63,044 nt of DNA, filler included, from Octopus bimaculoides (GCF_001194135.2; 6 parts of 6 records of this genome joined end to end with filler, not necessarily neighbours in it), one strand, 5' to 3'; counted from the first letter of the whole stretch, positions 16,331 to 32,639 are shown. Made by a program: numbers and translations. Notes: generated by a model not told the origin, from the sequence alone.

Positions 16331-17281
16331 TCCTCTATCCTCACACTATGTATATATATGTATGTAAGTATGTATATATATATATGTACACACACACACA
16401 CACACACACACTCACACACATATATAAATATATATATATACAGACACACACACATATATATATATATGTATATTCATATATAAATTCATCCACACATATG
16501 TATATGCATATATATATATATATGAATGTAACATATGTATATATATGTATACATATATATATACATATATATATACATATATATATACACAAATATGTTT
16601 AGGTATGTATATACAAGCGTGTCTATGTGCATGTTTAAATCGAAATAGTTAACTCTCTCTCCTCAACATGCATATTAATATATATATNNNNNNNNNNNNN
16701 NNNNNNNNNNNNNNNNNNNNNNNNNNNNNNNNNNNNNNNNNNNNNNNNNNNNNNNNNNNNNNNNNNNNNNNNNNNNNNNNNNNNNNNNNNNNNNNNNNNN
16801 TATATACATACTTATATATATATATATATGCACGCACACACACAAATATATACATACTTATATATATATATATATGCAAATATGTATGTAACAAATATAT
16901 ATTAGGTATATATATATATATGTACTTACATATTCATATATATATATACACACACATACACTTATACACGTATATCTATTTCTATATACAGACACATATA
17001 TATATAAATATATACGCATTTATCGTGCTATTTGTTTTCTCCATCTATATGTCTCCAGACACCCATTTGCACACACACAAACAGAAGCACACACACACAC
17101 ACACATTCACACACATATCTCGTAATTAGTGTGGTTAGATGCGTCTATCTTCATGTAATATAACTTAGTTCTCTTTATCCACATAACTAGAATTATTGAA
17201 CGTTCATACATTTGTATGAGTATATATATATATATATNNNNNNNNNNNNNNNNNNNNNNNNNNNNNNNNNNNNNNNNNNNN

Positions 17282-17293
17282 TTAATTAATTAA
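17282..17293. other. Assembly linker TTAATTAATTAA between N runs (also 32509-32520, 51021-51032, 54114-54125, 58939-58950)
   Basis: The identical palindromic six-frame-stop 12-mer is isolated by N blocks five times; not biological. Confidence 0.9.
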
Positions 17294-17418
17294 NNNNNNN
17301 NNNNNNNNNNNNNNNNNNNNNNNNNNNNNNNNNNNNNTTAACCATGTCACTTTGACAGAAATTCCTGTCGCCGACATACTGAACACTATCATTTTTGTTT
17401 TATTTTTCGTTTTCTTTA

Positions 17419-17457
<39 letters not shown>

Positions 17458-17549
17458 AAATACTCATGAATTGAAATAAGTTTCCTCCAAATTAAACATA
17501 GCTAATATAATAATTGTGAATGTCAGTGTGTCACACATTTTCAACTTTA

Positions 17550-17740
17550 ATAAAGCCTTTTCTACTTGAAGCACAAGCCCTCAAATTTTGGGGAAAGGAT
17601 TAAGTCGATTACATCGACCACACGAAAGGATGAAAGGCAAAGTCGACCTCGGCGGAATTCGAACTCAAAACCTAACGGCAGACGAAATGCTGCTAAGCAT
17701 TTCGCCCGGTGGGCTAACGACTCTTTCAGATAGCCGCCTT
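17550..17740 (-). mobile_element. SINE type B, internally deleted (other type B copies at ~3290-3435 -, 4285-4365 -, 11995-12135 +, 14117-14250 +, 20988-21178 -, 23525-23700 -, 24175-25215 - across a gap, 62270-62465 +)
   Basis: Reverse complement of the type B consensus, including GGATGAAAGGCAAAGTCGACCTCGGCGGAATTCGAACTC. Confidence 0.85.
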
Positions 17741-17859
17741 AATATAATATAATATAATCATGTAATATAACAAATGTGAATGTCAGTGTGTCACACTTCT
17801 TCAACTTTACTCCTAGAGGCTGTAGCCCAACATATCATACCATTTTGGAATCAAGCTGA

Positions 17860-18150
17860 CTTCATGAGTAAATTAAAAATATTCCGGGCTGAATCCAGAT
17901 CCACAATCCTGAAATTTTGGATTTCCAAGTTTCATTACTATGATTGTTTTCGGGGATTTTTTTATGTGACTTTGTGCGACAAATTTTTTTACAATAACAA
18001 TTTTTATAATCTAAAGGCTAACTCAGTGAATAAATTTAAAACATTCTGGGACGAATCCGGACCTGCAATCTTGAAATTTTGGATTCCTATGTTTTCATTA
18101 CTGCGATTGTTTTCGGCGATTTTTATACATGATTTTTAGCGACAAATATA
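17860..18150. repeat. Diverged ~165-bp tandem duplication, possibly subterminal repeats of a non-autonomous DNA transposon
   Basis: GAATCC(A/G)GA.C..CAATC.TGAAATTTTGGATT...TTTCATTACT..GATTGTTTTCGG.GATTTTT...GCGACAAAT occurs twice. Confidence 0.65.
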
Positions 18151-18234
18151 ATCATCATTGGGATATGATTCCGGAGGAAGAAACTGCGACAAATTCTCCA
18201 AAACAAGTCAGAGATCTGTTTGCAGATCTTCCCA

Positions 18235-19600
<1,366 letters not shown>

Positions 19601-20200
19601 GTGATGATGATAATGATGGTGATGATGATGATGATAACAATAATAGATGCAGTACCAAGCAGTGACTCTCAAGGCTCCTGACCTTAACTAATTAGAAGTG
19701 TTATCATGTACACATTATGTCTTGGTATAAAAGATGGACTATAGCAAATATTCTGCTCAAAACCACAGATTTTCTTGTCAGTTGTTTGACCTTAACCAGT
19801 TATGTATGTTCCTTGGTGGCTGACGATATGTGCATCTCTGATCACGAGCAGAAGTAGTTGTAGGGAGCATCGTGGCCATGTGTTGAGAGGAATTCTTTGA
19901 GGTTTGGATGATTCATCTCTGGAAACTTGGGTGTTTCGTTCATTATACTTAAGCAAACCTTATTCAGGGACCTCTTGAGCAGGACGGGCTATTCAACCTG
20001 AAGAAAATTCTAACTGGGCCCCACCTGCAAGGTCATGTGCTGTTTATCTTGATATGAGATCACTATGTCGCGTACATATGGTTGTGATGCATGTGCCTGG
20101 TGTAACCTTATCAGATGGGAAGTCATGATGGATATATTGGGCTTCGTATATTTGTATCCCAGTGTCATTTTAATGGCATGCACTGCTCTCTCACTCAATG

Positions 20201-20298
<98 letters not shown>

Positions 20299-20299
<1 letters not shown>

Positions 20300-20903
20300 T
20301 CTCTGGCTCCCCAGTCCTGGCTAAGAAGGAATATATTCACAGACACGACAAAGCTGGGACCTACATACACTGGAAGCTATGCCAACACTATGGAATAACA
20401 ACAGAAAAAAGATGGTATAAACACACGCTAGAAAAGGTCACAAAAAACGAGAGAGCAACCATACTCTGGGATATGCCAATACACACAGATAGAGAAATTA
20501 AGGCCAATAGGCCAGATATAGTTGTCAGAGATCATGAAGAAAAAAATGCTTTCTAATTGATGTATCAATACCAGCAGATGACAACGTTTCCCTCAAAGAA
20601 ATGGAGAAACTTTCAAAATACAAAGACCTGGAAATAGAGGTAATTCGAATGTGGAATCTAAAAACAGAAACAATTCCTATCATTGTAGGCGCCTTAGGTA
20701 TAATAAAAAATATTCAGACAAATACATAACAAAAACACCAGGACTTACAAATATATATAACATACAGAAAATTGCACTACTGGGCACTGCACACATCCTA
20801 CGCAAAACACTTTCAATACACAAACCACAGCGCATACCCAAGGCATACAGAGCTGCGCTCGGTAGTGAAGTAAAAGCACGCTACAAAAATAAAACTACTG
20901 AAC
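20299..20903 (+). mobile_element. 5'-truncated R4/Dong-type non-LTR retrotransposon (restriction-like endonuclease end) inserted in (TAA)n
   Basis: Translates PVLAKKEYIHRHDKAGTYIHWKLCQHYG...ILWDMPIHTDREIKANRPDIVVRD/LIDVSIPADDNV...KYKDLEIE...PIIVGALG/IQKIALLGTAHILRKTLS with two frameshifts in A-runs. PD..D RLE motif present; flanked by long (AAT)n on both sides. Confidence 0.92.
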
Positions 20904-20907
20904 AATG

Positions 20908-20987
<80 letters not shown>

Positions 20988-22638
20988 CCTTTCTACTAAA
21001 TGCCGAAGGCCTGAAATTTTGTGGGAGGGGACCAATCGATTATATCGACGAAACCAGTGTTTCATTGGCTCTTAATTTATCGGCACCGAAAGGATGAAAG
21101 CCAAATCAACCACGGCAGAATTTGAACTCGGAACGTAAAGACGGACGAAATACGTGTTAACGATTCTGCCAATCTCCCTCAAGAATTTCCCTTTTTCCCT
21201 TTTTTAAAGCCTGGTACTTATTGCATCGGTCTCTTTCACCAAACTACTGAGTTACAGGGGCGTGCACACACCAACATTGTTCGTTAAGTAGTAATGAAGG
21301 GACAGACACAAATATACATGCGCGAGCGCAAACACACACACATTACATACATATACACACACTTACACACACATATATATATATATACATACACACACAC
21401 ACACATAGATCTATATACATATATATATACAGGAGGGGTTTCTTTCAGTTTCCATCAACCAAATCCACTCACAAGGCTTTGGTCGACCAGAAGCTACAGT
21501 AGAAAATTCTTGACCAGGAACTGAACCAGGAACTATGAGAGTGAGAAACAAACGTCTTACCTCACAGCCCCACCTGCGCCCATTTATCGTTATTTTTGTT
21601 TGTTTGTTTGTTTTTTTACTTTGTTATTAATGATTTTAATAGCAGATTTCATTGCTCAGACAAACATATGCTTCACTGAACCTGTCACCCACTTCTTTGC
21701 TTCAAATAATCACTGTATCAAAGTATAAACACCATGCGACTTCGCGAACAGTTATCACATGAATGGTAATTATTATAAGAGATTTCTGTGACAACACGAT
21801 GGCTTTTGTTATCTTCAGATAGGAAAAATTACAGTGTAAAGCGCTGCCCATTATAAAGATTTCTGTTGGAGACTAGGAGTAGCCTACGCATACAAGTTTT
21901 CCATTTCGTCACCGATTATGTCCTAAGAAAAGGTAAAACTGGTTGAACTTGACGCCAGTGTCATCACAAACATTGCCGTCCGAACGAATTAGCTGGAGAA
22001 AATACATTAAGGTTATCTCATCAGGCGCTAATAATTCCGCTTATCTACAGCTTTGAAGCGGTATGTTATACGTCGATCCTCGAAAGGATATAAGGCAAAT
22101 GGGAAATTTAAAACAAGAGCGCAATGACTCGGAACAAACAACGCAATGCATTCTATTCTTTATTCTAACAACTCATCCAGTTCTCTGCCTTACACGTTTA
22201 TCCGCAAGTACATATTATAGATGTTTTTACTTGAGCCTTAGGACTCACAAGACCGGCAAACATCACTGACTAAGTTGCGGTATTCGACCACCCGCTCAGG
22301 ATAGATATAACAGCATCAGCGCCAAGCACTGATTAAGAATAAACGAAATTTACGTCAGTTAAAATATGTTTGTGCCATATTTAAAGTTCTAAAGGCAAAT
22401 TCACTGCCGTTACTATGGAGAAAATATTCTCGCTTATTGTAAAAGACTGTTATTTAGTAAAAGTTATGGCTTTGAATGTGTCCAGGGTTATCTCGCTTCA
22501 GTATTTTCCACCGAGGAAGGCTAAAGAGACTGAAACGGCTCATCTGGGAAGCACTCGGCAGATTTGTTGTCCTTACATCTTTTGCCATAAGCGATAGACA
22601 TCAGACAGGCAGACAGACAGACATACAGACAGACAGAC

Positions 22639-22692
<54 letters not shown>

Positions 22693-23159
22693 GCAAATTC
22701 ATTTCCATACTTACACATATATACATACCTGCGCGCACAATTATATGTGTACAAGTATTCGAAAATCGCGTTGATTGTTGTATTGATTTCGTTTATCTAC
22801 AAGCCAGTCAAAGACGTTCCAGTCATGATCCACCCAACTGTTGTTTATCAGAGATTGAATTGTCCAATGTGTTATTCCATTGTTTAAATAGTAGGGTGCT
22901 TTTCAGGCTGGATTTAACTGGTACTTCTAAGAGGTCGATCAACGGCGTACGGACTTTTTCTCTTTGAATATTCTGTGATGTGATTGAGTGAAAACACCAA
23001 CTTTTTTTTATGGAAGAACATCAACTAGCAGATTAAATCGAATTACTATTTTCCCTTCGAATCTTGAAGACTAGGAAGCACTTTACGGTAATGTCAAGCG
23101 AACGAGGAAAAACTTAATAAGTATAAGGGGAAAAAAGAGAGAGCGAGAGAGAGAGAGTG

Positions 23160-23216
<57 letters not shown>

Positions 23217-26075
23217 ACGTGCGTGCGTGTGTTTGTGAAAGAGAGAGGAAAAAGAGAGGGAGAGAGGGAGCATGCGCTCTATCATTCAGCTTGCTATAAA
23301 TTTGTTGTGAAATCTCTCTCAAATCGTAGCATTCCAGTTATATTTAGAAAAACAAAAGAATAAAAAGCTATCCTTTTGATCATGTGATCCCTGATATACA
23401 GCTATAACGCCCTTGAACATAGCTTCACTTGACCTGGGGCTGAACCATAACAGCAGCGACTCAGGGGTGTTGTAATGTTTTTTTTTTTTTATTTTGGTCT
23501 CATAAGAACAGTTATTGAATATATCTATAATCTTGATTTCAAATTTTGGTGCAAAGTCAGCAAATTCGAAGGAAAGGGGATAAATCGATTACATCACCCC
23601 CCGCCCAGTACTTAGCTGGTATTCATTTCACCGACCCAGAAAGGATGAAAGGTAACGTCGACCTCGATAAGGATTTCCAATTTTGGTAGAAGGTCAGCGA
23701 TTTTGAGGGACGGGTATGAGTCGTTGTCATCTGTTTCTTCAAGCTCCAAATAAGATAAGTAAAATAAATTGGCTTCAATGATGAGTATTTAGATATTAGT
23801 TTAATAGATTTGCTCGATATGAGTAGCTGAGTATTCCAGCGATACGTGCACCCTTAGTGGTCATCATTGGACAATCTCAGCATGACATAGAGAGTGACAG
23901 GGCTGAATCTTTAAATTATGGATACCATCCACGTGACAAGTTTTCCTACAGTTTTCATCTGCTCCAATTCGTTCACTAAGTAAAAACATCCTACTCCAGG
24001 CTATTTTGAAAGATATTTGCAAAAAATGACGTGAAGTGAGATGGAACTCAGGACCTCGTTACTGCAAGCGAATTTCTCAACCATGCCCTGCCGATATAGG
24101 AAAGATCCCGTTGGATAATGTGGTTACTGAGTTCCTGGCACATGAAAATAATAATAATAATAATAATAATAATCAAGGCCTGAAATTTGGATGAGGGGGA
24201 TATTCGATTAGATCGNNNNNNNNNNNNNNNNNNNNNNNNNNNNNNNNNNNNNNNNNNNNNNNNNNNNNNNNNNNNNNNNNNNNNNNNNNNNNNNNNNNNN
24301 NNNNNNNNNNNNNNNNNNNNNNNNNNNNNNNNNNNNNNNNNNNNNNNNNNNNNNNNNNNNNNNNNNNNNNNNNNNNNNNNNNNNNNNNNNNNNNNNNNNN
24401 NNNNNNNNNNNNNNNNNNNNNNNNNNNNNNNNNNNNNNNNNNNNNNNNNNNNNNNNNNNNNNNNNNNNNNNNNNNNNNNNNNNNNNNNNNNNNNNNNNNN
24501 NNNNNNNNNNNNNNNNNNNNNNNNNNNNNNNNNNNNNNNNNNNNNNNNNNNNNNNNNNNNNNNNNNNNNNNNNNNNNNNNNNNNNNNNNNNNNNNNNNNN
24601 NNNNNNNNNNNNNNNNNNNNNNNNNNNNNNNNNNNNNNNNNNNNNNNNNNNNNNNNNNNNNNNNNNNNNNNNNNNNNNNNNNNNNNNNNNNNNNNNNNNN
24701 NNNNNNNNNNNNNNNNNNNNNNNNNNNNNNNNNNNNNNNNNNNNNNNNNNNNNNNNNNNNNNNNNNNNNNNNNNNNNNNNNNNNNNNNNNNNNNNNNNNN
24801 NNNNNNNNNNNNNNNNNNNNNNNNNNNNNNNNNNNNNNNNNNNNNNNNNNNNNNNNNNNNNNNNNNNNNNNNNNNNNNNNNNNNNNNNNNNNNNNNNNNN
24901 NNNNNNNNNNNNNNNNNNNNNNNNNNNNNNNNNNNNNNNNNNNNNNNNNNNNNNNNNNNNNNNNNNNNNNNNNNNNNNNNNNNNNNNNNNNNNNNNNNNN
25001 NNNNNNNNNNNNNNNNNNNNNNNNNNNNNNNNNNNNNNNNNNNNNNNNNNNNNNNNNNNNNNNNNNNNNNNNNNNNNNNNNNNNNNNNNNNNNNNNNNNN
25101 NNNNNNNNNNNNNNNNNNNTTGTCTTTTGGAGGATTTGGAAAGAAAATCACGATGGGATTTGAACTGAGAACGACAGGGAGAAAAGTAAATACTGAAAGG
25201 CGTTTAATCTAACGCTCTAGTGCCCTTCTGTACCTTTGCATCAACTCGAAGAGCATCAATGGTAACCACTCCTACTTTTATTCCCAACCAACCCACCAAA
25301 AATATGTCCTTACGCACGTATATACCACACCAACTTTAATTATGCTATTATATATTAGCAGACATTAGTAAAAAAAAACAAAGTAGTAAAAAAATAAAAA
25401 TAGAAAAAAAGATAGCACAGTCCTTAGAACATTATACCTGAGAACACCATAGTAAGATGATCTCGAGTTAATCCAATACAATACCGCTCTCTCTCTCTCT
25501 CTCTCTCTCTCACTCTTTCTCTCCCTCTCCCTTTCTCCAGACATTACCAACTAAATATATAATATTTTGAGTTGTAATATATGTCCCGCGTAAAGCTAAT
25601 TTTACTATTGGAGTTGTTTGTTCTTGCTGTTGCTTTCGTGTGCATTTGTTTCTATTTTTTCTCTGGTTTTATACTTTAGTTTATCTATTTTTTGTTTTGT
25701 TTTGTTTTTGTTTTTGTAGCTTCACCAAACGCTGCCAACATATAACTAACTATCACTGTTCAATCTTTCCTTTCCAAACTATTGTTTCTCTGATTCTGTC
25801 CATCTCCACCCACACCCGTTGGTGTCATGTGACTGTCTCACGAACGGTTACTCAGAAACACGCCTTCCCGTCGTATTTTGCGCCAGCCACGCTCTTCTAC
25901 TGCATTGCCTTCGCACCACACTCTATACTTTCTTTGCCTCCACACCCCTGCCGTCTATATTCACAACATGCCACTTTATTTATTTAATTATTTTTTAGAA
26001 AGTCTTTTATTCAATAATTCTCCACCCTCTTCTAAATATCTCTTTCCTGCCATCCCTTTCTCTCTCTCCCTCTAC

Positions 26076-26110
<35 letters not shown>

Positions 26111-26125
26111 AGAAATATCATCTCT

Positions 26126-26165
<40 letters not shown>

Positions 26166-26354
26166 AATATTATCTCTTCTCTCTCTCTTCTCTCTCCCCC
26201 TGTACTTCGCTCTCTCTCTCTCTTACTCTCTTTCATGCAGACATATTATCTTTATGCTATCCATCTATTTGGTTCTCAATATCTTTCTTTTTCCCTCCTC
26301 TTAGTATCTCATTCCCTTTTTTCCCCATTCCTTCTCTATCATATACTCAAGCAC

Positions 26355-26402
<48 letters not shown>

Positions 26403-26574
26403 AAACATACACGCACGCACATACACACACATTCACTCGTACAACACATGCACACACTATTTAATCTCCTCTTGTGTAACCATCTATTTTTGCATCCTCT
26501 TCATCTATCTTTCAAAGAAAAATCAATAGAAATAAGCCAACAATCACATACAAAAACCCCCCAAAAATTAACAA

Positions 26575-26621
26575 TACTAATAGCAATAACAACAACAATA
26601 ACAATAATAATAATAATAATG

Positions 26622-26662
<41 letters not shown>

Positions 26663-26877
26663 CGAAAGAAGAAATTTAAAATACNNNNNNNNNNNNNNNN
26701 NNNNNNNNNNNNNNNNNNNNNNNNNNNNNNNNNNNNNNNNNNNNNNNNNNNNNNNNNNTTCAAAGAAAATTGGTCCTTTTCACGCTTCGTGTAACACAAA
26801 AGTGGAAGAAAGATTCAGAATTAAGGGGTGGAAATCAGAGCTTTCATTTTGAATTGTACTTTCAAAAATATTTTTTA

Positions 26878-26925
<48 letters not shown>

Positions 26926-26958
26926 CATTATTATTATTATTGTTGTTGTTGTTGTTGA

Positions 26959-27007
<49 letters not shown>

Positions 27008-27141
27008 GTTATTATTTTTATCATTATCATTATTATTGTTGTTGTTATCATCATCATCGTTGCTGTTGTTGTGGTTACTGTTGATGTTGTTGCTATTGTT
27101 GTTCTTTTACAACTCTTTGGTTTTTAATTATTATCATCACC

Positions 27142-27188
<47 letters not shown>

Positions 27189-27241
27189 TTTTGTTCAGAT
27201 TACGGTTGCGAATTACTATTATTATTATGACAAAGGAATCA

Positions 27242-27281
<40 letters not shown>

Positions 27282-27354
27282 CATTATTATTATCATCATT
27301 ATTATTATTATTGTCACCATCATCATCATCAGCAACATCAGCATCATCATCGAC

Positions 27355-27419
<65 letters not shown>

Positions 27420-27461
27420 GACGGCAAAAACAATTAGAAAAATTATAATGATTATCATCAC

Positions 27462-27508
<47 letters not shown>

Positions 27509-27610
27509 ACAACAATATCATTACATTATTATTAGCAGCAGCAGCATGATATCGCGTCAGTATCACCATCATTATTGTTGTTAGCATATTTTCATCATCG
27601 TCAAAATCAT

Positions 27611-27676
<66 letters not shown>

Positions 27677-27700
27677 TATCAACGACAACAACAACAGCAA
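26575..27700. repeat. Compound (AAT)/(ATT)/(CAT)/(GTT) microsatellite field (similar fields at 19458-19640, 39985-40915, 46965-47220, 53205-53640, 55185-56136)
   Basis: Direct reading; explains the poly-I/N/M/D ORFs. Confidence 0.95.
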
Positions 27701-29098
27701 TTCCATTTTTTTTTTTTTTTATTATAGTTGTAAGATTTCGGAGAAATATTTTTGTTCAGTATATTTTTGTAGTCTTCCAAATTTCTTTAGAAATTTATTT
27801 TAACAATTTTTTTTTCTCTCTCTCTCAAAGACATGAGCACTACACTAGAACTTCAATTTCTTTCTTTCTCATCACAAGATGTTCTGCATGATCGGTTAAA
27901 CCAACAGTGCTGAACCGTAAGTTCGTCATTGGTTTCTTCCTTAAATTGGATAAATTCCGTGTGAAATCAAACAAGTCACCTGAGACAAGATTAACCTCTC
28001 CTGATAGTTTGAACCTATGAACTCTCCACTTGACACATGCAATACATCCGCACACACATACACACACGCACACAAATACATGCATCCACACACACAGACA
28101 CACATTCGCACACACATGCGCACTTACGCATCATATTTTCAGTTTATTTTTTGTTAATTACTATTAATGTACTTTCAAATTTATTCTTTACTCCATCGTC
28201 AGTTTATCTCCTTACTCTCCTTATTCCACACCCCCTCCCAGCTACACACACACATACTCACACACGCACACATACACACGACTGCTCACACCCTCAAATA
28301 TGGCGCAATTTTCTTTATAGCCTCTTTCTTTCAATTCATTTCCGTCTATATTGAAAAAAATCTTCTGTACCTACTACTTCTCCTCCTCCTCCGCCTCGTT
28401 ATAGTCCCACATACAGACACACATAGGTTCATATATATGGATACACACACAAATGCACGACACACGCACTCACACACATACATACACATACATATATGTA
28501 TTATTTAGATAATTAGATACATAGATAGAAAGGTATATATATGTATATATATATACGTACACGTTCACAATTATATATATATATATATGAGTATATATGT
28601 ATATACCTTGACCTTATCTACCAAATTCTTCAGTTCACTCGAGGGATAAAAGTAGAATGGGGTACTATGGCCCTCTTGGCTGAAACAGCTGTAACATATT
28701 ATCCTACTTTCAATGCTCTACGTTATATATTTTAATAATTACTGGTATTTTTATATTTTATATATTATATCTGTAAAACATAATATGTTATACATGTATG
28801 TATATTGTTATAATTGTTTTTTTTTTTAATAAATAAATAGACATAACATAATGTCTAAAAGTTGATAAATACCACCCCTTGATCCCCTCCATTTTCTTAT
28901 TGCCGTATAGATTAAGAGTAAAATAACTTTTGAGCCTTACCCATTTATTACACTCAGAAATGTAATTGCCATGCAATGAAAAAACACTTGTGTATTAATA
29001 ATTGGGTACCCTCCCAGCAGTATATTTGATAGATATTATCCCTCAGTCGGTTGGATTCACAATCTCTAAACTTTCTTGGAATTATATTTGTATATGTA

Positions 29099-29155
<57 letters not shown>

Positions 29156-30779
29156 NNNNNNNNNNNNNNNNNNNNNNNNNNNNNNNNNNNNNNNNNNNNN
29201 NNNNNNNNNNNNNNNNNNNNNNNNNNNNNNNNNNNNNNNNNNNNNNNNNNNNNNNNNNNNNNNNNNNNNNNNNNNNNNNNNNNNNNNNNNNNNNNNNNNN
29301 NNNNNNNNNNNNNNNNNNNNNNNNNNNNNNNNNNNNNNNNNNNNNNNNNNNNNNNNNNNNNNNNNNNNNNNNNNNNNNNNNNNNNNNNNNNNNNNNNNNN
29401 NNNNNNNNNNNNNNNNNNNNNNNNNNNNNNNNNNNNNNNNNNNNNNNNNNNNNNNNNNNNNNNNNNNNNNNNNNNNNNNNNNNNNNNNNNNNNNNNNNNN
29501 NNNNNNNNNNNNNNNNNNNNNNNNNNNNNNNNNNNNNNNNNNNNNNNNNNNNNNNNNNNNNNNNNNNNNNNNNNNNNNNNNNNNNNNNNNNNNNNNNNNN
29601 NNNNNNNNNNNNNNNNNNNNNNNNNNNNNNNNNNNNNNNNNNNNNNNNNNNNNNNNNNNNNNNNNNNNNNNNNNNNNNNNNNNNNNNNNNNNNNNNNNNN
29701 NNNNNNNNNNNNNNNNNNNNNNNNNNNNNNNNNNNNNNNNNNNNNNNNNNNNNNNNNNNNNNNNNNNNNNNNNNNNNNNNNNNNNNNNNNNNNNNNNNNN
29801 NNNNNNNNNNNNNNNNNNNNNNNNNNNNNNNNNNNNNNNNNNNNNNNNNNNNNNNNNNNNNNNNNNNNNNNNNNNNNNNNNNNNNNNNNNNNNNNNNNNN
29901 NNNNNNNNNNNNNNNNNNNNNNNNNNNNNNNNNNNNNNNNNNNNNNNNNNNNNNNNNNNNNNNNNNNNNNNNNNNNNNNNNNNNNCACACACACACACAC
30001 ACACACACTCACACACACACACACACACTCTCTCTCTCTCTCTCTTTTTCTGCACTTTCTCCTTAATTTTTCTTTTTGAGCTGATCCGAGTCGAAACAGT
30101 AACGGTTCTTAATATTACGACACTCAGAACTTTCTTTTAAATTGTGCCATTTTTTGTCAGAGTGAGCAAGTGGAAAAATTTTGTCAACGAATGTTCGCCA
30201 ATAGCTTTGACACATGAGCTGCTAATTACATTATCGCCAGTAACATGTGTTTGGACAATCAAGACAAACAAAAGTATACGTTAAATACTATATAAAATAC
30301 AAGGTATATTCTTAATTTACTGACATATATTTCTGCTTCTATCGAAGGTAATTCAATTGCTTAGCTGCAATACGTATCACCTCCAAAAGTGAAGAGAAGA
30401 TTATCTCAAGAATTAAGAATTTCTCTAAAAATGGCATGCCATTAATAAAAACAAGTTTCATTGTCTAAACACGTGTTTCTGCCTCAGATCTCATAAACAT
30501 AACTATTGCCTTGCCATATCTTCAACAAGAAAGGTGCTTAAACATATGCAAAAACGAATGGAACACATTTATGGTTAGTTAAAGAAAAATTGTGGCCAGT
30601 TGCATACAATGGACCAAGAAAGAGAAGTAGGGGCATATTAAATGATATCAGGATAAATTTTGTGTTACTGAAATTATTTCCGCTCCCAGAGAAGACGGCA
30701 GGGGACAAGTCTTTCTACCTCAATAGAAATCATCAGGGTAGCAATTTTCCTAACATATCTTTAGCAGACAAAACAAATA

Positions 30780-31470
30780 TGAGGGGAAACTCAAAAGAAA
30801 CCGGAATTTTGCAATATCATTTTATTCATTTAGTTTTACGTTTACATTTCTATCACCTTCAAAGATTTCTCCATTTGAAGCAATGCATCAGTCCGGACAC
30901 GTTTTCCACTGTTTGGAAGCAGTGCTGGAACTCTTGCGAAGTGATGCTTTTTAACGCCTCCGTCGTTTTTTTTTCTTCGCCTCTTCCACATCTGTATCAA
31001 CTTTTGTCACCAGAGATGACCTCCGAAAAAAAGTCCAGATCAACTTCCAACTGTTCTTTTAGTTCATGACATGCGTTCTTTGATCTTCCGTAACTGATCT
31101 TGATCTTCGTGACTGATTTTGATCTTCCGTGACTGATTTTGATCTTCCGTGACTGATTTTGATCTCCGTGACTGATTTTGATCTTCCGTGAAGAAGCGAG
31201 ACACAAATCTTGCTGCAACTCTTTTCATTCACAATTCCTCGCCCCAAAATACGCTGGAAAGATCTCCAGGACACACCAGTCATATCAACAAGTTCGTCAA
31301 TTGTTTGGTGAAGGTCCTCCAAGATCAGTCATGAATTTTCATGATGTTTCGGTCGGGAGGTCGACGGTCGTCCTGAACGAGATTGGTTTTCAAGCGACAA
31401 GTGACCATTCCTAAAGCATGAAAACCACTCGTAAACTTGTGTTTTGCTCATGGCAGCGTCCTTGTAGCTA
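30780..31470 (-). mobile_element. Mariner transposon remnant with internal deletion, retaining one TIR
   Basis: YKDAAMSKTQVYEWFSCFRNG...SRSGRPST, TIDELVDMTGVSW, ACHELKEQLEVDLDFFSEVISGDKS, then a jump to DVEEAKKKTTEALKSI...QWKT...CIASNGEIFEGD. TA followed by TGAGGGGAAACTCAAAAGAAACCGG TIR at 30778-30805. Confidence 0.88.
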
Positions 31471-32564
31471 CAAACAAGATATTTGATTAAATACAATACA
31501 ACAATAAGATTATAGACCTATAGATTAAAAATTACAAAAATAGATAAATAATAAACCAAAAATGTAATTCAATACCTTAAGAAAATATAAGAATACTCTT
31601 CTAAATTTGTAGAATGGAAAAACTAGCCACTGGATTTAGTTAAAAAGAGACGATGTGCGATGGCTAGAATATTTAGCTTTAGTTGATAACCAGTTAATCT
31701 AGCAAGTGGGGTTTCATATCAGTGAGGGAGCCGGTGCGCAATGATGCCGTCGAGAGGTAGGCCCCGAAACGGCACACATTCCCTCATGATGACCCCATAC
31801 ACTTGCTCGTTTCCGGTATGCGGAGCTTTCGGCTGGTAGCACTTGCATGTGCAAGTTGCTTGCATGTGTAAGTTGCTTGCAAAGCATATAATACTAAGGA
31901 ACCAATAGAAATCTTCACCTACTTTAAGACCAAACCTAACAATAAATATCTAACCAGCCGGGGTAACCTTCAGATCACAAGAAATACGACTATTTGTAAT
32001 AACACTATCACATCATAAACGACTCCTATTTGGACGGCCACGTGGTTTCTTCCGATCATATTCGATCGGCAGTAAAAAGAATGACCCCGAGGAAGCTGCA
32101 GCGTTAATTAACACCGAGATGCAGACTTAGCAGTTTGCAGCGGTTTGCAGTCGAAAGGTGAGTAGGCCCAAGTGGAGAAAACGATGTAACTGTATAATGA
32201 AATATGGATACACAAGTCTCCGATCTCCTGACGTTTATTAATTTCATTATTTTCTATACGGAGGCGATGTAGTCCTTAATAGGAGATTCGGGTTTACCAA
32301 GCGAGGATAATGACCGAGTCAAGCAAATTTTCACTAAGTTCAGTTTCATCAATATTCGCTGTGGCATTGAGAACCGATCTGAAAGCTAACACGGTAACCA
32401 CCAGGGTTATATATTCCTCGAAAACATTATTGAAAATACATATATATATATATATATATATATANNNNNNNNNNNNNNNNNNNNNNNNNNNNNNNNNNNN
32501 NNNNNNNNTTAATTAATTAANNNNNNNNNNNNNNNNNNNNNNNNNNNNNNNNNNNNNNNNNNNN

Positions 32565-32602
<38 letters not shown>

Positions 32603-32639
32603 ATAAATACACACATATATACATGTGCATATAGGCATG

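Noticed and set aside
28607-28679. Candidate exon QEGHSTPFYFYPSSELKNLVDKVK
   Set aside because: Phase-incompatible with neighbouring candidates, weak donor, no homology recognised.
32200-32400. RSPD-like Tc1 transposase trace
   Set aside because: A single short motif, insufficient to call.
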